From: Dehalococcoidia bacterium UBA7891
GTDB lineage: Bacteria > Chloroflexota > Dehalococcoidia > Lucifugimonadales > UBA826
NCBI GenBank assembly: GCA_002500485.1
Contig: DLRJ01000117.1
Coordinates: 69,226 to 133,225, forward strand
Length of the DNA: 64,000 bases
Direction: 5' to 3'
The position numbers and the translations under genes are program-made. This document shows positions 1 to 8,410 of the stretch, one piece after another (position 1 is the first letter of the stretch; the number at the start of each line of letters is the position of its first letter). The notes beneath the pieces were generated by a model, which saw only the letters and a program-made list of their open reading frames with translations, did no database searches and was not told the origin of the DNA.

Positions 1-981
1 GGTGCTAATTACAGTTTTCCCTGTACGAGTTGCAAACCCGGAGGTGATGGACACGTTTTGTTCAGTGGATGGAGCTTCTATTCTTTCTATCCTTCCAAGC
101 TTTTTTGCTCTTCCTCTAGCTTCTTTAGATCTTTGCCCAGCATGATAACGAGCAATGAAATCTTGCTCTCTTTTTATGTATTCTTGTTGCCGGATATACT
201 CCTTAGCAAACCTGGCATCTTCTTCAGATTTAAGGAGTTTGTATTTTGAATAATTTCCACGGTACGTTTTTAATCGGCAATTATCTATTTCCCAGATGTC
301 CGAAGCTACACGATCGAGGAAAAATCTGTCGTGCGAAACAACCATAAATGCATTTGCTGATCTGTTTAAAAAATCTTCAAGCCATTCGAGTCCTTTGAAG
401 TCCAGATAGTTTGTTGGCTCATCTAAAACTAAAAGGTCTGGGTCTGCTAATAGAGCAGTTGCTAAAGCAGCCCGTGTTCTCTCACCCCCACTTGCATCTG
501 ATACTAATGTGTCTAGATTGGTGTCACTTAACCCCACTCCATCTACGACCCTGTCCATTCGATTTTGGTAATCATAACCACCAAGCGCTTCGTATTTATC
601 CAAAAGCGTCGAATATTTCTTTTCAGCTTGTGTTCTTTCAACTCCCTCTGAGTCTTGTATGGCGAAAGCATTGGTTTCCATATCTTTTTCTAATTGAATT
701 AAATGTTGGAAAGCCTGGCCAATTTGATCTTTCAAAGTACCACCTCCCGACTGTAATGCCGTTTGTGGGACATAACCCACCCGAAGAGAGTCTGACTTGA
801 AAATATCGCCACCGTCGTAATCCTGTATCCCCAACAAAACCCGAATCAGAGAAGTTTTTCCACTTCCATTTGGACCGACTATCCCGATATGGGCCTTTTC
901 ATTGACCTGCAAGGTAACATCAGAAAAAATTTCGATATCTGCGTAGTGTAGATTTAGTTGTGAGGCCCCTAGTAACGACAT
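1..981 (-). CDS. ABC-F family ATP-binding cassette protein (EttA/Uup-like), 3' part cut by window edge
   Basis: Not in the ORF track because it runs off the window. My own translation from ATG 981-979 gives MSLLGASQLNLHYADIEIFSDVTLQVNEKAHIGIVGPNGSGKTSLIRVLLG (Walker A). Further on it reads ...ASGGERTRAALATALLADPDLLVLDEPTNYLD (signature plus Walker B). A charged linker follows, then the start of a second ABC domain. The frame stays open to base 1. Confidence 0.85.
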   Translation of the reverse strand, partial: MSLLGASQLNLHYADIEIFSDVTLQVNEKAHIGIVGPNGSGKTSLIRVLLGIQDYDGGDIFKSDSLRVGYVPQTALQSGGGTLKDQIGQAFQHLIQLEKDMETNAFAIQDSEGVERTQAEKKYSTLLDKYEALGGYDYQNRMDRVVDGVGLSDTNLDTLVSDASGGERTRAALATALLADPDLLVLDEPTNYLDFKGLEWLEDFLNRSANAFMVVSHDRFFLDRVASDIWEIDNCRLKTYRGNYSKYKLLKSEEDARFAKEYIRQQEYIKREQDFIARYHAGQRSKEARGRAKKLGRIERIEAPSTEQNVSITSGFATRTGKTVIST

Positions 982-1091
982 AAATTCACTGGAATAATCT
1001 TCGATTCATGGAATTAGTAATAAAATAGAATTAATTTTTTTTTCAGTGCTTTTTATTCTATAGCTAAAATAAAAGTTTGGGTGGATTGGAT

Positions 1092-1277
1092 ATGCCTTTT
1101 TTATTTACGATTTTGAGTCATCATTCAGAACCAGGAGACCCAGATCTGATGAGCTGGGTAATAGATACAGTAAAACATTTGGTTGGTGGGGACTCTACTT
1201 TAGCTTTACTGGTTCTTTTTTTAATGATTCTTATGGTGCCTTTTGGGATTGTGGCAGCATATAAACTATTTTTTTAA
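1092..1277 (+). CDS. small hypothetical membrane protein
   Basis: ORF 1077..1277. An internal ATG at 1092 is preceded by GGTGGA. The C-terminal half (LALLVLFLMILMVPFGIVAAYKLFF) looks like a single TM helix. No family recognised. Confidence 0.25.
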   Translation: MPFLFTILSHHSEPGDPDLMSWVIDTVKHLVGGDSTLALLVLFLMILMVPFGIVAAYKLFF

Positions 1278-1290
1278 CAAATGTGAGCCA

Positions 1291-1869
1291 CTAAATAGGT
1301 ACATCAGAGAGGGAATACCAATTTTCGTGTGGTTCTAATGGGATCCCTATTGAGGCAATCCGATCACCGATTTTCATTTCTAATTCATTGTCCCTCATGT
1401 CATGTCCCAATGGTACCAATGGATAGAATTTTGATGTCCTGTAGTTGCATATGCAATAAAATGATTGATCTCCTATAGTCCCTTTAAAAACTGCGGCTGT
1501 CATATTTTCTCCTAACCCCAGATTGGCTATATGGGAGCTGATGGCGTTTATATCATCGACCATTTTTTGATTGTTAGTACTTTCGAATATTATCCAACAA
1601 CTGTTGTACGTTTCAGATTTCAAACCCTGAAGTGGTGTTCTCATTGTCGACATGAACAATTCTTTATCTAACTCTTTGAGAGATGACTTTATGTCGGTGA
1701 AAAAAGGATGATCATTGGCATTTAGCAATAATGTTGATTCCCCTGAGAGATTTATATCTTTTTTCCCATTGGTATCTCGATTTGTGATCCGCAGGACCGT
1801 TGATAAAATATCGGATTCGTTGGACTCAGGGCTATCTGGTTTTTTAAAAAGAGTTCTAAATAATCTCAC
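1291..1869 (-). CDS. hypothetical protein, co-transcribed downstream of htpX
   Basis: 192-aa ORF starting 11 nt after the htpX stop on the same strand. Composition is protein-like. From memory it loosely resembles PspA-associated 'PspAB'-type proteins found next to htpX in Actinobacteria, but I cannot verify that. Confidence 0.6.
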   Translation of the reverse strand: MRLFRTLFKKPDSPESNESDILSTVLRITNRDTNGKKDINLSGESTLLLNANDHPFFTDIKSSLKELDKELFMSTMRTPLQGLKSETYNSCWIIFESTNNQKMVDDINAISSHIANLGLGENMTAAVFKGTIGDQSFYCICNYRTSKFYPLVPLGHDMRDNELEMKIGDRIASIGIPLEPHENWYSLSDVPI

Positions 1870-1879
1870 GGGATCCCTT

Positions 1880-2818
1880 CTACCTGAGAAGATGCCAATT
1901 CTGCTGTTGCATTTCCATTAATCGTGCCACTCTTATTTCTGTAGGTGGGTGTGAGGACATCAAGGATGCGATCGCATTTCCTTGTAATGCGGGGATTATG
2001 AAAAATGCGTTGGCATGTTCCACTTGTCGTAGATCTTTTTCTGGAATTTGTGCTATCTGGCCACTAATTTTCTTGAGAGCGGATGCAAGGTTTGTGGGAC
2101 TACCAGTCATGATTGCACCTTCTCTGTCGGCTGCGAGTTCCCTGTACCTGGAAAGCGTACTTATAAGCAATTGGCTGATGAAGTAAATGATTATTACTCC
2201 AATGTAAACAACCATCATCATGGCCATAGCTTGGCCTCCATTGCCCTGTCGCCTATGACCTCCAAAACCTCCGAATAGACTCATCCAGAAGAGCATTTGC
2301 ATCAAAAAACCAGCAACCACTACTATCAAACTTGCCCAGGTCATAACCATAACATCGCGATTCTTAATATGGGCTAACTCATGACCGATCACCCCTTCTA
2401 ATTCTTTATCGTTTAGCTTGCTCAATAGTCCTGTTGTGACCGCGACTGTGGCATGCTTCGGGCTCCTACCGGTAGCGAATGCGTTAGGCGCTTCCATCTC
2501 CATTATTGCGACTGTTCGTGGTTTTGGAATTCCGCCTATTTTAGAAAGTCTTTCTATCATTTCATGTAACTTGGGTTGCTCTTCTTTAGTAACAGCTTTG
2601 GCTTTAGTTGTTTTCAGAACAAGCTTATCGGACATGAAATATTGAAAAAAAACCATTCCAATCCCAATCACAAATACAAAAATAGGATTCAGTCCTGAAA
2701 TTAGAAGTAAGCCAAAAAGAGCTAAATAGGCTACCAACAGCATCAATCCTGTTGCTAGCATCCTAATCGTTAACTGATGGTCTTTACCAATTGAATTTCG
2801 CTGCATCGTGATTAGCAA
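1880..2818 (-). CDS. htpX: zinc metalloprotease HtpX (peptidase M48)
   Basis: HEXXH motif in GVIGHELAHIKNRD. N-terminal and central TM segments are present, with the typical C-terminal ...SHPPTEIRVARL. Confidence 0.9.
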   Translation of the reverse strand: MLITMQRNSIGKDHQLTIRMLATGLMLLVAYLALFGLLLISGLNPIFVFVIGIGMVFFQYFMSDKLVLKTTKAKAVTKEEQPKLHEMIERLSKIGGIPKPRTVAIMEMEAPNAFATGRSPKHATVAVTTGLLSKLNDKELEGVIGHELAHIKNRDVMVMTWASLIVVVAGFLMQMLFWMSLFGGFGGHRRQGNGGQAMAMMMVVYIGVIIIYFISQLLISTLSRYRELAADREGAIMTGSPTNLASALKKISGQIAQIPEKDLRQVEHANAFFIIPALQGNAIASLMSSHPPTEIRVARLMEMQQQNWHLLR

Positions 2819-2962
2819 CCTGAGGGTGATTAAATTTAAACTATATATTATATTATAGTAGCTATTTTAGTTTGTGCTATTTTCAAAAATGGATCATTAT
2901 CAAATGGCTTGTAGAATTGCACCTTTAGGTTAAGGAAATCCATTTCGTTAAGGAAGATTAAA

Positions 2963-3997
2963 GTGGCCTGGAAAACTATTGGTCAACCTAATTCCATAGA
3001 TCGTATTTCTAGAGCTGTCGTGTTAGATAGACTCTCACATGCCTATTTAATCTGTGGTATGGATGGTATTGGAAAGGTCACCTTTGCGCAGGATATAGCA
3101 AAAGTTGCGAATTGCCTTGAAATGCCTAAATCTTCGGGGCCTTGCGGGTCATGCAACCAGTGCATACGTATCGATTCCCATAATCACACAGATGTATTTA
3201 TTTACGATGTAAAAAAAGACTTGGATGAGGTAGGCCGAACCACCACAATGGTCACCATTGATCAATTAAGAGAAGATTTTTTAAGACAGGTTCACCGGAA
3301 ACCATATGAAGGCCGCACCCGAATTTTCATTATTTCATCCATTGAAAGTATGAGATCAGAACAATCCAATATTCTGCTAAAAACGTTAGAAGAACCTCCA
3401 GATGATGTTGTAATTATATTGCTGGCGCGTGATGCATCGAATCTTCTGAGTACTATTGTGTCAAGATGCCAGGTTCTTAATTTGGACCCAGTTGGTGAGT
3501 TAGAAATATTGGAATATTTAGGTGAATGTGAATTAGGACCAGAAGTCCCCATTCAAGAGATAGCAAAGCTTTCGCGCGGGAGACCAGAATGGGCTTATCG
3601 AGCAGCCATAAACCCTGAAATATTACATATATTGGAAGATAAATTGAATCAGTTTGTAGGGTGTTTAATTGGTAGTTTGGAGCAACGGTTTAAATTGTCG
3701 AAGGATTTATCAACTCAGTTTTTTCGTGACCGCGATGGGGTATATGAATTTTTGGATATAGCAATGACCTGGACTAGGGATGTGTTGCTCTCTAGCAGTG
3801 AGAGAGCAGGAGATATAGTAAATATTTCCCATAAAGAGCGAATTCACGAGTTTTCTAAAATGTTATCGACCACAGATATTTTGAACATTTTAAAACTTAT
3901 TAGGATGACTCTCGGCAACTTAAGGAAAAACGTTACTCCGAGTCTGGTTTTGGATAATTTTATGTTAAAACTTCCGGTCGCTACATCATTAACCTGA
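2963..3997 (+). CDS. holB: DNA polymerase III subunit delta'
   Basis: AAA+ clamp-loader N-terminus (HAYLICGMDGIGKVTFA). Zn module CGSCNQCIRI. LKTLEEPP box and SRCQ sensor motif. Confidence 0.85.
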   Translation: MAWKTIGQPNSIDRISRAVVLDRLSHAYLICGMDGIGKVTFAQDIAKVANCLEMPKSSGPCGSCNQCIRIDSHNHTDVFIYDVKKDLDEVGRTTTMVTIDQLREDFLRQVHRKPYEGRTRIFIISSIESMRSEQSNILLKTLEEPPDDVVIILLARDASNLLSTIVSRCQVLNLDPVGELEILEYLGECELGPEVPIQEIAKLSRGRPEWAYRAAINPEILHILEDKLNQFVGCLIGSLEQRFKLSKDLSTQFFRDRDGVYEFLDIAMTWTRDVLLSSSERAGDIVNISHKERIHEFSKMLSTTDILNILKLIRMTLGNLRKNVTPSLVLDNFMLKLPVATSLT

Positions 3998-4016
3998 CAA
4001 TTTTCCTGTTTATAGG

Positions 4017-4544
4017 TTAATTTTTCCAGGGGATAAATGGAGACCACTCATCTTCTAGTTTCCTATGATAGAAAATATAATATGGATTTGGTTTCGGAGC
4101 CAATGGTGCCCTCAGTAGAGTCATTTGAGCTTCTCTCGGTGTTTTTTCAGCCTTGTTGTGGTTGCAGGTCATACATGCACTCACAACATTTTCCCATTCA
4201 TGTTTACCATTTCTTGAACGAGGTCTAATGTGGTCAATAGTCAGCTTCTTAGTTGAGATGCCGCAATATTGGCATGTGAAATTATCTCTATAAAATAATG
4301 CTTGCCGAGATAGCCTTCTTTCAACCATTGGCTTTTTGACCATATAGTAGAGTCTAACCACGGACGGCATTGGAAACGCTGCGCTTGAACTCCTTATTTC
4401 TCCTCGACCGTTTATTATAAGTTCTGCCTTTCCTCTGCCCATTAATACGATTGCTCTTCTCACACTGCAAATGTTTAATGGCTGGTAATTTTGGTTCAGA
4501 ACTAACACGGGTGATTCTATTGTGGGAGCTGTAGCTGTAGCCAT
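4017..4544 (-). CDS. HNH endonuclease
   Basis: CQYCG...LTIDHIRPRSRNGKHEWENVVSACMTCNHNK is a canonical HNH/zinc-finger core. Confidence 0.85.
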   Translation of the reverse strand: MATATAPTIESPVLVLNQNYQPLNICSVRRAIVLMGRGKAELIINGRGEIRSSSAAFPMPSVVRLYYMVKKPMVERRLSRQALFYRDNFTCQYCGISTKKLTIDHIRPRSRNGKHEWENVVSACMTCNHNKAEKTPREAQMTLLRAPLAPKPNPYYIFYHRKLEDEWSPFIPWKN

Positions 4545-4550
4545 CCCTGT

Positions 4551-5231
4551 TTAATCTAACTTTGAATCAAGTATTTTTATGGCAGTCATGTAGTCAGAGG
4601 GGATAATTCCCAAAGCATTATCCGGTGTAATTTCCAAAATATTTACAAAAACAGGAGCTATTCTGGAGTCTAGTAGAGCAGTTTCTATTGAGGTTCTGGT
4701 ATTTTCAATTTTTGCGTCAATACCCTCTATCGAAATGACTTCTCCAGCAGAAATAAGAGATGAGCCAGGCAATTCGGGAATCTCATGAAAGTCATATGCC
4801 AGTCGTGTAAGACCTGAAATAGTGATAAAAGAGATAATCACACCGATTATCAATCCAAGTACAATGCCGGCTATTCTACCCATTCCAAGGGTAGCAATGT
4901 CTAAAACTGCTAGAAGAGGTCCAACAAACTTTAGGACTATATTAGTGATGATAAGTAAGAGAATGAGCACAACTACAAAAGCCGCAACAGTTGCAATCGT
5001 ATCGACACCCAGATTAATTCCACTTAATTCACTTAGGGCCTTCGCTGAAGAAGAATTGAAACCTAAGGCATCTCCGATAAATTCTCCGACAAACTGTGAA
5101 ACGGCACCAGAAATTCTCCAGCCCACCAGTATCGCGATTCCATAAATGCCGGCCACAAATATTCCGGTCTTGAGACCCCAAAGCATGGACGCAATTAGGA
5201 TTCCCAGTATGACAAAATCTAGCCAGTTCAT
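4551..5231 (-). CDS. CvpA-family membrane protein
   Basis: N-terminus MNWLDFVILGILIASMLWGLKTGIF plus four predicted TM helices is typical of colicin V production protein CvpA. It carries an extra soluble C-terminal tail. Confidence 0.7.
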   Translation of the reverse strand: MNWLDFVILGILIASMLWGLKTGIFVAGIYGIAILVGWRISGAVSQFVGEFIGDALGFNSSSAKALSELSGINLGVDTIATVAAFVVVLILLLIITNIVLKFVGPLLAVLDIATLGMGRIAGIVLGLIIGVIISFITISGLTRLAYDFHEIPELPGSSLISAGEVISIEGIDAKIENTRTSIETALLDSRIAPVFVNILEITPDNALGIIPSDYMTAIKILDSKLD

Positions 5232-5308
5232 ATTCTTACCTTCTTCAAATTAGGCTTTCCAAGGAAGTAGGTGCAGTTTAGCATACGGCTCGTGAAATAT
5301 TGGGCTAC

Positions 5309-6247
5309 CTAATTTCGTGGGGGTTCAACGGGTACTGGGTTTATGAGACCACTTCCTAGAGAGATCGGTATCAACTGATCTAACTCATCTAAAGTCCATC
5401 TCCCATCTTTATGTATGCTTTTTATTACGTGCCGTGGAGAATAAAGCGACAATGCCCAGCCACTGGTACCAAAAACTTGTCCTGTGATACCATCCGCGGC
5501 TTCAGAACAGAGGTAGACTACCTTTGGTGCATTGTTACCAGGATCTCTATATTCTGGAGGTGGTTCAGACGGGTCTGCAGTTGCTAAACCGACTGCTTCT
5601 CTCTGATCCTGTCTCAACTGCCTCGTCGATTGAGGGACCGTATCTGTCATTCTAGTAGACCCCCCAGGATAGACGGCATTCACCATGATATTAAAGGGTT
5701 CGAGTTCCTTTGACACAGCCCTTGTGAATCCAACCATACCTTCCTTGGCTGCAGCATAATTACCTTGGCCTGAGGCACCTAATCCGGATCCAGAGGAAAA
5801 TAATACGATTCTGCCGTATTTGTTTTTGATCATGTGAGGGACTACATTCCTTACCATATTGAAGGCCCCGTACAGGTGGACTTGTAATACTAGGTCCCAT
5901 TCCTCCTCAGTCATATTAAATATCATCCTGTCCCTCAATATGCCTGCTGGATGACAAAGTATGTCCACTGTCCCAAAAGTGTCTACAGCTTTTTCGACAA
6001 TTTTAGCGGCACTATGAAAATCTGCTACTGAGTCATATGACGCAACAGCCTCTCCACCTTCGGCCTTTATTTCATCAACTACTAAATCTGCGGGAGTCGC
6101 AGAATCACCGGTGCCATCAACTGATCCCCCAAGGTCATTAACTACAACTTTGGCACCGTCCCTTGCTAACCAAAGTGCGACTTCCCTTCCTATGCCTCGG
6201 CCGGCCCCTGTTACTATTGCTACTTTTCCTTCGACCCTCTTAGTCAC
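5309..6247 (-). CDS. SDR oxidoreductase, MFE-2-type (3R)-hydroxyacyl-CoA dehydrogenase-like
   Basis: TGAGRGIGR Rossmann motif. VVNDLGG...DG.G.S..AD.VV.EI...GG.A.A.YDSV and NYAAAK (YxxxK) resemble the dehydrogenase domain of multifunctional enzyme type 2. GTG start preceded by GAGGTGA. Confidence 0.85.
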   Translation of the reverse strand: MTKRVEGKVAIVTGAGRGIGREVALWLARDGAKVVVNDLGGSVDGTGDSATPADLVVDEIKAEGGEAVASYDSVADFHSAAKIVEKAVDTFGTVDILCHPAGILRDRMIFNMTEEEWDLVLQVHLYGAFNMVRNVVPHMIKNKYGRIVLFSSGSGLGASGQGNYAAAKEGMVGFTRAVSKELEPFNIMVNAVYPGGSTRMTDTVPQSTRQLRQDQREAVGLATADPSEPPPEYRDPGNNAPKVVYLCSEAADGITGQVFGTSGWALSLYSPRHVIKSIHKDGRWTLDELDQLIPISLGSGLINPVPVEPPRN

Positions 6248-6310
6248 CTTTTCACCTCTTCGTTTGCTTTTTTTTCATGTTCATCAAAATTGGTTCGGAA
6301 GAAATTGATT

Positions 6311-7234
6311 TCAGAATCCGTACCCCATCATTTTCGGGAACAAAACATCCATTTCTTCCATTGTGAAATTTCCCCATTTGTTTACTACATTTTCAATGTC
6401 TGGGTTGGAATAAACGTACAAGCTTCCTCCACGTACGCCCAGCACGTAACCATTAATATTGGGGGCAGCATTTGTGCATAGGTAAACAGCTAGTGGGGCA
6501 ATATTTTCGGGTTCATCTGGAGAACCTTCTCCCAACCATTCGGGTATCTCTGGTGATGGTCCAATCCCTGCTCTTTCATCCCGGGAAGGTCCAGATACGT
6601 CTGGTAGTCTGTGTTGATCTACGGCACCTGGGAATAATCTAGTTTCCGCCATAGGTGATATTGCATTGGCAGTAATACCATATTTGCCCAAATCTTTTGC
6701 AGTAGTTCTCGTTAATCCTATAATACCTTCGGTCGCTGCGGCATAGTTCGACCGTCCTACATCACCGAGGCCTGCATCAGCCACCATATTTACGATTCTT
6801 CCCGACCTTTGCTGACGAAACAGGATTCCTGCAAATTTTGTAGTTGTAAAAACGCTTTTAGCATTATTGCGAACTACTTGATCGAAATCCGATTCCGTCA
6901 TTTGGTAAATCATTCGATCTTTTAATGAACCTGCTGAATTGACCAAAATATCGATATGGCTATAAGTGTCTATGCAGGATTGAATCAGGTTCTCACCCCC
7001 TTCCATGGTCGAAATATCGGCATAATTCGCTGTGGCATTACCTCCCGCGGATTTGATTTCTTCTACAACTGAATCCGCCGGCATGTTAGAGGCACCGGTC
7101 CCGTCTACCTCAGCACCTTTGTCGTTTATTAGTATGGATGCACCCTCCTCTGCGAGGAGTTTGGCAATACCTCTACCAATACCTCTCCCCCCACCAGTAA
7201 CCGCCGCCACCTTTCCTTCTAATCTGTTTCCCAT
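6311..7234 (-). CDS. SDR oxidoreductase, paralogue of the adjacent MFE-2-type dehydrogenase
   Basis: TGGGRGIGR. The layout matches its neighbour (INDKGAEVDGTG...ADSVVEEIKSAGG, NYAAATEG). Confidence 0.85.
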   Translation of the reverse strand: MGNRLEGKVAAVTGGGRGIGRGIAKLLAEEGASILINDKGAEVDGTGASNMPADSVVEEIKSAGGNATANYADISTMEGGENLIQSCIDTYSHIDILVNSAGSLKDRMIYQMTESDFDQVVRNNAKSVFTTTKFAGILFRQQRSGRIVNMVADAGLGDVGRSNYAAATEGIIGLTRTTAKDLGKYGITANAISPMAETRLFPGAVDQHRLPDVSGPSRDERAGIGPSPEIPEWLGEGSPDEPENIAPLAVYLCTNAAPNINGYVLGVRGGSLYVYSNPDIENVVNKWGNFTMEEMDVLFPKMMGYGF

Positions 7235-7375
7235 ATTATGACCATCCTATTTAATTATTTTTTAGGTTTGGCAAATTATCTATTATCGACAATTTTCACT
7301 TTATATCAGAATTAGCTAATTATAAAAGGATGTCTGCCCAAAATAAACATAGCCGTCAAATTTAAAGTTTGAAGG

Positions 7376-8407
7376 CTATTGCTCCTTGGGAAATTTTTTT
7401 AAAGACAGAAAGTAAAGTCCGGTGGCTATGGCTTGGAATGGGGAAACAAGGGTTGTTACACACACATCAATTAAAAGTATTATGAAATCTGAATTAAGAT
7501 TCGGTGAAAGTAGATTTAATAAGTATGTAGGTATTGTCATGAGAATAACAATTACTAAACCTGTACCGAAAGTTACCCACCATCTTTTCTCCACAAGATC
7601 CCAACTCATCTGAATAGATCTTGTGATTCCGGTGTTGTCTAATGCCATCGATGGGAGCGAAAAATACCAGCGAACAAAGAGGTACAGCAGGATAGGAATA
7701 CCTATTAACATTATTGAAAGTAGGAACGGTATTATCAAAAGCCCTATCAAAAACAATGAGAGCAGGATTAACCTGCCTATTTTTGAAAGTGTGTAGTTGA
7801 GACAGGCAATGGAGGAGACCTTTTCAGAGTTTGCAAATTGTGCTGCTCCAACGATAATGGCCATTACCGATATTAGGTTGGCCACTAGTCCTATGAGAAT
7901 TAAAATGAAGATAGAAAACAATTTCCATATAGGTATTGATTTCAAATCAGACATTAAATTTTCGGAAAGCTGACCATCGTTATAGGGCTGAAAATTCGCA
8001 AGGGAAACCCAATCCGTTTCGAGAGCAGTACGTAAAATAATTCCGATTACCAGTACTGGGATACCATTTATTAAGGATAGGATGAGAAAATTTTTGAAAT
8101 TTTTTCTATAGGCGTAGCTGGAGATTGAAATTAGATCTACTAATTTTCCTGGCTCTGGGATTAATCGGGCCACAGAAGGTGATGGTATATCTGTTTTACT
8201 TTTTTCATTTTCTGATTCGTCTACGGCACCTGGGTTGTATATTTCCCCTAGATCATGTGATAAAACCTGACCACAGTTAGTGCAAAATGTTTGATTTCTG
8301 TTGATTGTCCGACAACGTTCACATTGGGTTGCTATCTCTTTTCCGCAACCCCCACAAAAAAGACTGCTTTCGGTATTTTCGAAATCGCAATTTTTGCAGC
8401 CCCCCAT
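7376..8407 (-). CDS. double zinc-ribbon membrane protein (hypothetical)
   Basis: The N-terminus has CKNC...CGGCG...CERC...CTNCG, i.e. two CxxC pairs twice. A linker and about six hydrophobic helices follow. The start lies 3 nt after the M16 peptidase stop. Confidence 0.7.
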   Translation of the reverse strand: MGGCKNCDFENTESSLFCGGCGKEIATQCERCRTINRNQTFCTNCGQVLSHDLGEIYNPGAVDESENEKSKTDIPSPSVARLIPEPGKLVDLISISSYAYRKNFKNFLILSLINGIPVLVIGIILRTALETDWVSLANFQPYNDGQLSENLMSDLKSIPIWKLFSIFILILIGLVANLISVMAIIVGAAQFANSEKVSSIACLNYTLSKIGRLILLSLFLIGLLIIPFLLSIMLIGIPILLYLFVRWYFSLPSMALDNTGITRSIQMSWDLVEKRWWVTFGTGLVIVILMTIPTYLLNLLSPNLNSDFIILLIDVCVTTLVSPFQAIATGLYFLSLKKFPKEQ

Positions 8408-8410
8408 TTT

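Noticed and set aside
6248-6313. The two SDR paralogues are in the same reading frame and the upstream one ends in TGA. Considered as read-through, Sec or a fusion.
   Set aside because: A second in-frame TGA follows nine codons later. The downstream gene has its own GAGGTGA RBS and GTG start. Each protein is a complete SDR.
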